From IMG/VR virus record IMGVR_UViG_3300034062_005355: 64,000 bases of DNA, one strand, 5' to 3'. Positions 56,669 to 64,000 of the stretch are shown here, piece by piece; the stretch's first letter is position 1, and each line of letters opens with the position of its first letter. A program made the position numbers and the translations under genes. The notes beneath the pieces are model-generated. The model worked only from the letters and a program-made list of their open reading frames with translations, was not told the DNA's origin and did no database searches. Source of the DNA: a virus. Lineage: Duplodnaviria > Caudoviricetes.

Positions 56669-57136
56669 TTATATTTTTGATATTAGTTCGTTTATTCTTT
56701 TAACACTTTCATTAACAGATGGATTATATTTGTCCACAGTTTTTGAATGTTCTTGAGATGGTCTTACATTTGTAAAATCTTTTTTCTCGTGAGAGTCAAT
56801 AAATTGGTTCATCATACCACCATTCATTTTGTTTGTCTTGGTATTCTTAACATAATCCCTCATTTTTCTTAATTCATCGTTAACCCAATTTTTTATTTCA
56901 GCGCCACCATTTAAAATAAATGAAGGTTCTTTATGGTTACCTTTAAAGTTATCAAAAAAGTTTTTAATTCTTTTTAATTGTTTATAATTGATAAATTTTT
57001 GAGATTGAAGTTCTTTATTTCTATTATAACCTTCAGTATTTTCATCCGCATTTTTTACCATATGAAAACATTTTTTCATATGTTCCCTTTTGTCGGATGG
57101 GAATTCTATTTCGTTATCGTATAAACTTTTATTCAC
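56669..57136 (-). CDS. Hypothetical protein
   Basis: 155-aa ORF. Confidence 0.75.
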   Translation of the reverse strand: MNKSLYDNEIEFPSDKREHMKKCFHMVKNADENTEGYNRNKELQSQKFINYKQLKRIKNFFDNFKGNHKEPSFILNGGAEIKNWVNDELRKMRDYVKNTKTNKMNGGMMNQFIDSHEKKDFTNVRPSQEHSKTVDKYNPSVNESVKRINELISKI

Positions 57137-57959
57137 CTTTTTTTATGAGTTTAATTAAATCTTCTTTTGAGTAACCATTTTTTTCAACATGATTTAAAAG
57201 AGACTTTAAATTTTTTCTAATTAATAATGGTAATTCATCAATGCTTTTACCCATTTCTTTTTTACTAACTTCAGAATTATCTGAATTTTTTTTATTCATC
57301 AACATATCTTCCACAACTTTAATCATTTTTTGTTTTTGAATTTCTGATAGAGTTGCTCTTGTTACAAAATTTTTGTCTTTATAATATTTTGATTTTTTAT
57401 CTTTGTTTCCTGTTGGGTCTTGTCCTTTTTGTTTTGTTCTTTCTTTAGCTTCGTCAGGGTCCATACCCATCTTCTTTACTAAATATTTGTAAGTTTGAGC
57501 TCCGTCCATATCTTCAGTTTCTTCGTAACCAAAAGCGCCTGACATATCAATTTCACTAACTTCTTCAACTGACTCACCATAATATGTTCTATAACCACGA
57601 GAAATAGGGTCATTTGTAATTCTTGCTGCAGCAACAGTTTGGTCCATGGTTTTCATTGGGTGAAGTTTCGGGTCAAGAATTGGAATTTTAGAATTGGATA
57701 ATGCTCCATCTAAATTGACTAATTCTTCTAAATCTTTCTTAAGACCTTTAGTTGTTTTAATTTTTTTCTCTTTGGCAACTTTCTTAAGATGGTTTTTAAC
57801 CTTAACACCTTTACTTTTTTCAAAATGAATTACCTCGTCTTTTTTACGAGCTTCTGTTAAATTTTCCTCCACAGAGTAGTATAAAGAGTATTTTTCTCCC
57901 TTATCTCTTAAAAGAAAATAGTATGGTGATGAATAAAATTCTGTATCTGTTGTAATCAT
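57129..57959 (-). CDS. Hypothetical virion-type protein
   Basis: 276-aa ORF; TATTTATA at 57976-57983 (minus strand). Confidence 0.75.
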   Translation of the reverse strand: MITTDTEFYSSPYYFLLRDKGEKYSLYYSVEENLTEARKKDEVIHFEKSKGVKVKNHLKKVAKEKKIKTTKGLKKDLEELVNLDGALSNSKIPILDPKLHPMKTMDQTVAAARITNDPISRGYRTYYGESVEEVSEIDMSGAFGYEETEDMDGAQTYKYLVKKMGMDPDEAKERTKQKGQDPTGNKDKKSKYYKDKNFVTRATLSEIQKQKMIKVVEDMLMNKKNSDNSEVSKKEMGKSIDELPLLIRKNLKSLLNHVEKNGYSKEDLIKLIKKGE

Positions 57960-58012
57960 CTCTTCTTTTTTATCTTATAAATACTAGCACACAAGGTATT
58001 TATCATTGTAAT

Positions 58013-61000
58013 ATGGCATATCAAAATATTAATCAATATAATTTTAGAAGATTTGGTCTAAAACCTGTCAATGAAGTGACCGACTTATGTCTTGCATCAG
58101 ATGAAAAAGATTATGACCAAGAAGTGATCTTTTCACCGTTATTAATTGGTGAAGACGATGGTAATAGAATGCCATTCAAATTTAATTTTAATAGTAGCGG
58201 TACCACATTATGTCAGGTTTCACCTTGTGTTTTTAGTAGTGATACAATCGTTTCTGAAAATTATTGGAATCCAACAGATACTGACCCAAATTTTTGTCCT
58301 ATTGTTACTAATTTATGTGATGTTGGTCTGACAGGTATTGACAACGGGTTAGTTCAGAATATGTCAGGAGAAACTATTCAAGTAACAACAGGGTTATATA
58401 CAAATATTTCTGATAAATTTAGCAGATACAAATATGATAGGAGAATGAAACTTCATCCTATTACTGGTTTTACAACAACACAAAATAGATTATGGAATGA
58501 TGGTTCATACAATTATGATTTATCTTACACAAACGCTGGTGGAGATATTGGATATGTTGCAACTTTAAATGGTGGTTTCTATCAAGGGTTTTACAAACTT
58601 GCAGGATATGATTATCAAGTTTTCCCTGAAAGAGTTAGTTTAGGTTGGACGGCAGAGTTCATGTTAAAATATAGATGGACAGGTAATACTTCAGTTGGAT
58701 TAAATGTTAGATACCCTGAAAATAAAGGAACCTTCTTTTATATGGGGGCAAGATCCGAAAATAAATTTTATCATTATGCCGATGGTAGTCCAAAACAAGA
58801 TACAGGATATACAAGAGTTACCTCAGGTTTAACTTGTATGCATACTTGTGGTTGTGCTAGTAGTGCAAACACATCTTCAGAATGCCTTCAAGTATATCAA
58901 CCATCAGGAGGAACAATAACAACATGTACTTGTGGATGTGCGTGTGATTGTACGACCACAGCACAATACCCTGAAAAAGACCCATTATATGATGAGGTTT
59001 CAAACGCGCTGTCATTAAGATTAAGTGGGGATACTGGTAGTCCAAGATTATGTGTTAAAACATATAGAATAACTGGCGGATGTGAAAGTACTGGAACTTG
59101 TCTTACAGGATTAACATATGTTACAGGAACTTCAGTGACTGAATGGTGTTCAACAAGAGGTATCTTTGATGATTGTTCAGGTACAACATATCAAAATGTT
59201 GAACATTGGGCTCAAATTGATGCCGTATTCCAAAGATATGAATGGTTTGACACTTGTGACCTTTACGATAAAGGTGGGTTAGGGTTATTAGTTAAAGATG
59301 TGTATTTTGCAACAATTGAAGGTAGGAGTGTTTCGTTAATTGAACCGCCAATTACCCGTGAACAACCTTATGACCCAGCGTCGACTGAAGTTGTAACATT
59401 TAATGACATGTGGACTGAAGAACAAAAGTACAGATTAGGTACACTTAAGTTCTATGTTAATGGTAAGTTATTCATGGTTGCCGAAAACTTTGAAGAAATT
59501 ATTCCAAGATTATTAAATGTTGAAAAAGAAAAACAAATTGGTGTTGGGTACAACATTTCAATTGGTGGTGGTACCCAAGGTCTTCACGATAACTTAACTT
59601 TTTCAGGTGGATGTCCCACTGATTTAAGTGGTTTACAATATCAACAGGACCCTGAATGTTTAACAACTTATGATTTAGACAATACAATTTATTCAGGTTT
59701 AACAACCCAAATTAGATTAGAAGAACTTTTTGGCGGTAGTATGATTGGTGATATTAGTGCATTTAGAATGTACACCGAACCATTAAATCCTGCTCAAATA
59801 AAACACAACTTTAGAATATTAAAAAACACATATAATTTATTAAATCCTGATTGTCCTAATTGTAGAATTGTAATACCATCAAACGATTTATATTACATAA
59901 TAATACCTGATAATGATTTATCATATATTAGTATACCTGCGAATGATTTGTATTATGAACTAATTCAACCTAGTCCAACACCAACAAATACACCAACAGT
60001 AACTCAAACCCCGACAAATACACCAACACCAACGGTAACTCAAACCCCGACAAATACACCAACGGTAACTCAAACTCCGACAAATACAGAAACGCCAACA
60101 AACACACCAACGGTAACTCAAACCCCAACAAATACAGAAACGCCAACAAATACACCAACGGTAACTCAAACTCCGACAAATACAGAAACGCCAACAAACA
60201 CACCAACTACAACCGAAACACCTACACCAACAAATGCTTTGGATGTTTTTAATATAACTTCAGGTTCAACCGCAAATATTGCTTGTGATAGTGGTGTTAT
60301 TGGAGTAATATATGCAGAAAATTTATCTTTTGATACTAATACACAATTCTATAATAATCCAAATGGAGCCGTTATTGGTGATATGTCAGGATATTATAGT
60401 TATAGTGGGTTAGTTGTTGAATTAGACTCAAATGGTTTTGAGATAGGTGGATTTAGTTCTTGTGCTGTGGTTCCTTCGGTTACACCAACTAACACTCCAA
60501 CTGAGACACCAACACCAACTAACACACCAACACCAACTGAGACTCCTACTAATACACCAACCGAAACCTCAACACCAACTAATACATTAACACCAACTGA
60601 AACACAAATCATTACTCCAACACCAACAAACACTAATACTCCAACCAATACACCATCCTCAACACCAAGTATTGTAACTTCAGGTTTGGTTATTCAACTT
60701 GACGCATATGAAAGCTCAAGTTACCCTGGCACAGGAACAACTGTTTTTGATATTACAGGTGGGTATGACCATACATTAATTGGTGCAACTTACACAGTTC
60801 TTAATGGTATAAAATGTTTTGATTGTACAACAGGAAATAATAGAGTTGATTACAACTTAACAGGACCTTTATTACCAAATTCAGGATACACATATATCAC
60901 TTGGGCAAGATTGATACCTAGTAATGCTGGATTTAGAACAGTACTTTATACAAAGGGTCCTCCTAAAATCACACCAATTACAATACCTAATGGAACAAGT

Positions 61001-62209
61001 ACATTAGGATATTGGGCAACAGGATTTGTAAGCTCAGGATATGATGTAGCATCTTCAGCTGGCGTTTGGGTTCAGTTTGCGGTAGTTGGAACAAACACAT
61101 CTCAAACATTCTACATAAATGGTTCACAGGTGGGAAGCACAATTAATGAGGGTGCTGGTGGAACTACACATTGGGGGTGGGGTAATAATGATACTGCTTC
61201 TCAGCCTTGGGGACATGTTGCCAACATGTACTTTTACAACAGACAATTAAGTCTTGATGAGATAACACAACAATACGATTATTTGGCTCCAAGATTTGTG
61301 GAACCAACACCGACCCCAACTCCAACAGTAACACCAACTAACACTCCAACACCCACTGAAACACCAATAACAGAACTAATTAATCCCGTTTTAATAAGTG
61401 GTATTAATGAATATATTTCAGTTGGTAATGGTGAGTATTTGGAATTTTTTGAACCAGAACCAACACCAAGTCCAACAGTAACTAAAACACCAACTAATAC
61501 ACCAACTCCAACTTCAACACCTGTAGTTCCCGTAACTACTAATCTTAGGTTATATTATGACCCAAGTAATTTATCAAGTTACCCTGGAACAGGTACGACA
61601 ATTAATGATTTATCGGGTAATGGATTAAATGGAACAATGTCCAATATCACATATACATCACCATACTTCACATATAATGGAACCTCATCACAAGTTAGTG
61701 TTGCGGATAATGTGTTATTAGAACCAGGAAGTGGGGATTGGACTATGGAAGTATGGGTTAATCAATCAGTTTTAGGTAATGATGTTGTACTTGGAAAGTT
61801 TGATGATGGGGGTCTTACTGTAGATGTAAGTTATAGTATCAGAACAACTAATACTACATACTACGCTCAATTAGGTTCAGGTAGTGGTAGTGGTTCATCA
61901 TTGTTTGTCAATAGTACAAACTACGTTGGAACGATTGGTACTTGGTACCAAATAGTTTATGTGTTTACCAATGTCGCATCTAATACACTTGAAACATTTG
62001 TAAATGGTGTAAGTATAGGAAGTGTGGGTCATAGTTTGGCAAGTATATTAAACTCAACTAACCCACTTTATATTGGTAGTTACAATGGTGGAGAGTTTCC
62101 TCAATGGTTTGATGGAAAAATTGGTATAACTCGTTTATACGACGCATCACTTACCTCTTCCCAAGTATTACAAAACTTCAATGCGGATAAATCAAAATAT
62201 GGATTATAA
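58013..62209 (+). CDS. Large tail-fibre/adhesin-like protein with concanavalin-A/LamG domains and Pro/Thr repeats
   Basis: Two modules starting [13 protein letters not shown] / [13 protein letters not shown] with WxQ..V, YING, IG...Y..L LamG features; TPT repeat blocks; Cys-rich N-terminal region. Confidence 0.8.
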   Translation: MAYQNINQYNFRRFGLKPVNEVTDLCLASDEKDYDQEVIFSPLLIGEDDGNRMPFKFNFNSSGTTLCQVSPCVFSSDTIVSENYWNPTDTDPNFCPIVTNLCDVGLTGIDNGLVQNMSGETIQVTTGLYTNISDKFSRYKYDRRMKLHPITGFTTTQNRLWNDGSYNYDLSYTNAGGDIGYVATLNGGFYQGFYKLAGYDYQVFPERVSLGWTAEFMLKYRWTGNTSVGLNVRYPENKGTFFYMGARSENKFYHYADGSPKQDTGYTRVTSGLTCMHTCGCASSANTSSECLQVYQPSGGTITTCTCGCACDCTTTAQYPEKDPLYDEVSNALSLRLSGDTGSPRLCVKTYRITGGCESTGTCLTGLTYVTGTSVTEWCSTRGIFDDCSGTTYQNVEHWAQIDAVFQRYEWFDTCDLYDKGGLGLLVKDVYFATIEGRSVSLIEPPITREQPYDPASTEVVTFNDMWTEEQKYRLGTLKFYVNGKLFMVAENFEEIIPRLLNVEKEKQIGVGYNISIGGGTQGLHDNLTFSGGCPTDLSGLQYQQDPECLTTYDLDNTIYSGLTTQIRLEELFGGSMIGDISAFRMYTEPLNPAQIKHNFRILKNTYNLLNPDCPNCRIVIPSNDLYYIIIPDNDLSYISIPANDLYYELIQPSPTPTNTPTVTQTPTNTPTPTVTQTPTNTPTVTQTPTNTETPTNTPTVTQTPTNTETPTNTPTVTQTPTNTETPTNTPTTTETPTPTNALDVFNITSGSTANIACDSGVIGVIYAENLSFDTNTQFYNNPNGAVIGDMSGYYSYSGLVVELDSNGFEIGGFSSCAVVPSVTPTNTPTETPTPTNTPTPTETPTNTPTETSTPTNTLTPTETQIITPTPTNTNTPTNTPSSTPSIVTSGLVIQLDAYESSSYPGTGTTVFDITGGYDHTLIGATYTVLNGIKCFDCTTGNNRVDYNLTGPLLPNSGYTYITWARLIPSNAGFRTVLYTKGPPKITPITIPNGTSTLGYWATGFVSSGYDVASSAGVWVQFAVVGTNTSQTFYINGSQVGSTINEGAGGTTHWGWGNNDTASQPWGHVANMYFYNRQLSLDEITQQYDYLAPRFVEPTPTPTPTVTPTNTPTPTETPITELINPVLISGINEYISVGNGEYLEFFEPEPTPSPTVTKTPTNTPTPTSTPVVPVTTNLRLYYDPSNLSSYPGTGTTINDLSGNGLNGTMSNITYTSPYFTYNGTSSQVSVADNVLLEPGSGDWTMEVWVNQSVLGNDVVLGKFDDGGLTVDVSYSIRTTNTTYYAQLGSGSGSGSSLFVNSTNYVGTIGTWYQIVYVFTNVASNTLETFVNGVSIGSVGHSLASILNSTNPLYIGSYNGGEFPQWFDGKIGITRLYDASLTSSQVLQNFNADKSKYGL
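59969..60233 (+). repeat. Pro/Thr tandem repeats ([10 protein letters not shown] / TPTNTE units)
   Basis: Read directly; further blocks near 60477-60668, 61307-61365 and 61459-61522. Confidence 0.9.
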
Positions 62210-62233
62210 ACAAATATTTATAAAATAAAAAAT

Positions 62234-62728
62234 ATGTCATTAACAGGTAAAACAATCGGAGAATTAACTTTTTTAGCGGAACCAACCAATAACACTCTTA
62301 TTCCAGTAGAACTGAGTGGTGTAACCTATCATATTGCTTACTCAGGCATCACAAATAATCTTGGTAATACAGGTTCTTGGACAGTAACACCAGGAACTAA
62401 CAATTACAGTTTTACAGTTGATATTAATAATACATATAACTTATGGGTTCTTGCAAATATACCAAATGGTATAATAGTTTATAATGCAACAGTAAGTGTT
62501 AGTAATTCTAATGTACCTGTAATTGGTGTTCAGTATGCATGGAATTATACTGGTGGGGGTAGTCCAATATTGTTTACAAGTATCCCTGTACAGATTATAG
62601 GAACCGCGGGTGCAATATCCACAACGTCACCAGATGTAGGTACATCAACAAATACATTTGTATTCGGTATTCAAAACAATACGGTATCAGGTCTTACGGT
62701 TAATTACGGATATGTTAAAGTAAGTTAA
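62234..62728 (+). CDS. Beta-rich hypothetical virion protein
   Basis: MSLTGKTIGELTFL..PT....IPVELSGVTYHI N-terminal module; T/N/G-rich. Confidence 0.7.
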   Translation: MSLTGKTIGELTFLAEPTNNTLIPVELSGVTYHIAYSGITNNLGNTGSWTVTPGTNNYSFTVDINNTYNLWVLANIPNGIIVYNATVSVSNSNVPVIGVQYAWNYTGGGSPILFTSIPVQIIGTAGAISTTSPDVGTSTNTFVFGIQNNTVSGLTVNYGYVKVS

Positions 62729-62729
62729 A

Positions 62730-63299
62730 ATGTACACTACAGACTGTAATTACTATAGAATAACAAATTATAATAATGTCCAAGAAGGATATTATAGTTG
62801 GACTGGTTGTACTGATATAATTGGCGTTAACCCTGTTGACCCACTTCAGACAAGTTATTTTTGTGCTAAAGACATTTCTGTTGAAGAATATGGTGCACCG
62901 CTTGATGTGGTCTTTATTGGTTTATGTCCGTCAAATACACCAACACCAACATTAACTCCAACACCAACACAAACTCCTGTAACACCAACACCTACACCAA
63001 CACCTGTTACTCCAACTCAAACACCAACTCCAAGTGCAACGCCAACCGTTATTTATATGTATAACTTATGGTCAGGTGGGTATTATCAAAACGCTTGTGA
63101 AGCTGCGGGTATGTTCGCAAATCCTGCTAACGTAACAATCTATACAACAAAACCATTTAATCTTTTAGTTCCTGGTGATAATGCCTTTGGTAATCAATCA
63201 TTAACAATACCTCCAGTAAACGCTAATTTTACAATTTCAAATGGTAATAGATTTATTCAATTAAGTGGAACGTTAGTAATTAATGTCGGATTGTGTTAA
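62730..63299 (+). CDS. Pro/Thr-repeat protein
   Basis: Central [19 protein letters not shown] block flanked by small Cys-containing domains. Confidence 0.8.
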   Translation: MYTTDCNYYRITNYNNVQEGYYSWTGCTDIIGVNPVDPLQTSYFCAKDISVEEYGAPLDVVFIGLCPSNTPTPTLTPTPTQTPVTPTPTPTPVTPTQTPTPSATPTVIYMYNLWSGGYYQNACEAAGMFANPANVTIYTTKPFNLLVPGDNAFGNQSLTIPPVNANFTISNGNRFIQLSGTLVINVGLC

Positions 63300-63325
63300 T
63301 TTAAAATAATTAAGTATTTATTTAT

Positions 63326-63853
63326 ATGGCAATTGGAGTAAGAATTTTAAGTGATAATTTAAGTGGTCAGACCACAAATGTTACGTATTTTCCAAACACT
63401 GGAGGTACAATTGATTTGGGGGTACAAGTATTCCCATTTAATTATATATCAAGTTATTTTTATGGTGACTACGATTGTTATGTTCCAACTTATGGATACA
63501 ATTATGTTGTTAATGTGCCAGGGCCAACGCCAACACCCACACCAACATTAACACCAACCCAAACTCCAACTGCGAGTGTAACACCAACCCAAACTCCAAC
63601 TAATACTGAAACACCAACTAACACTCCAACTGCGAGTGTAACACCAACAGTTACAGAAACTCCAACAAATACTCCAACTGAAACTCCTACACCAACAGTT
63701 ACAGAAACTCCAACTGAAACTCCTACACCAACAGTTACAGAAACACCAACAAATACTCCGACTGAAACTCCTACACCAACAGTTACAGAAACGCCAACCA
63801 ATACACCAACAGTTACAGAAACACCAACCAGTACACCGACACCAACATCATAA
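63326..63853 (+). CDS. Pro/Thr-repeat (mucin-like) protein
   Basis: C-terminal ~110 aa almost entirely TPT/ETPT repeats. Confidence 0.85.
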   Translation: MAIGVRILSDNLSGQTTNVTYFPNTGGTIDLGVQVFPFNYISSYFYGDYDCYVPTYGYNYVVNVPGPTPTPTPTLTPTQTPTASVTPTQTPTNTETPTNTPTASVTPTVTETPTNTPTETPTPTVTETPTETPTPTVTETPTNTPTETPTPTVTETPTNTPTVTETPTSTPTPTS

Positions 63854-63915
63854 TTTTTAAAAAATTTTAAAACAATAAACAATAACGTAGTATTTATATT
63901 TAAACAGAATTTAAA

Positions 63916-64000
63916 ATGGCATGTAGCAAATATACTCTAACAAATACGGGTACAACCGCAGTGAACTTCAACTATAGAAGATGCGATGACTCTATGTGGG
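63916..64000 (+). CDS. Partial CDS running off the window
   Basis: [28 protein letters not shown]...; TATTTATA at 63891-63898. Confidence 0.7.
   Translation, partial: MACSKYTLTNTGTTAVNFNYRRCDDSMW

Noticed and set aside
59960-60648. Regularly spaced repeats and minus-strand repeat ORFs (MSYRWCICW..., MVCLLAFLY..., [10 protein letters not shown]...)
   Set aside because: Not CRISPR (no unique spacers; units are in-frame codon repeats). The antisense ORFs are shadows of the Pro/Thr coding repeats.
63502-63882. 126-aa Val/Gly-repeat ORF on the minus strand
   Set aside because: Exact antisense shadow of the TPT-repeat gene 63326..63853.
1-64000. Stop-codon reassignment as in some large phages
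   Set aside because: Known genes (terminase, portal, capsid, ClpC, NadE) are full-length in the standard code and coding density is high.

Overview
AT-rich segment of a large T4-like (myovirus-type) phage genome read in the standard genetic code. The host is most likely a Bacteroidota member: there are four well-spaced TTG/TTTG-N19-20-TAnnTTTG promoters and Bacteroidota-like bS21, ClpC, aminotransferase and lipoprotein genes. Layout: (1) 1-12.6 kb accessory region with a PLP aminotransferase, an unannotated small lipoprotein, an M15/M23 peptidase, PspC, a HAD protein, two paralogous large proteins flanking a tmRNA (ssrA) that has an unusual 22-aa tag and a structured ~90-nt leader, an M20/M28 peptidase, an N-domain-less ClpC with a divergent tandem-UVR protein, KTSC and a nucleotidyltransferase; (2) 12.7-28 kb head module (terminase, portal, antisense bS21, prohead protease, scaffold, major capsid); (3) 28-36.6 kb minus-strand HNH, baseplate/spike-like genes and a gp55-like sigma factor; (4) 36.6-55.2 kb glycan operon (9 glycosyltransferase genes, 4 methyltransferase domains, GDP-mannose 3,5-epimerase, nucleotide-sugar dehydrogenase) interleaved with PhoH, NadE, dUTPase and an exonuclease; (5) 55-58 kb virion-like genes including a WYL protein; (6) 58-64 kb LamG-domain and Pro/Thr mucin-like surface proteins. 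A TATTTAT(A) motif precedes about 20 virion-type genes. Best candidates for new biology: a phage-encoded glycosylation system for Pro/Thr-rich virion proteins, a tmRNA/ClpC/UVR-adaptor proteolysis module, and an unassigned pseudoknotted RNA upstream of ssrA. All family calls are by motif recognition; no searches were run.
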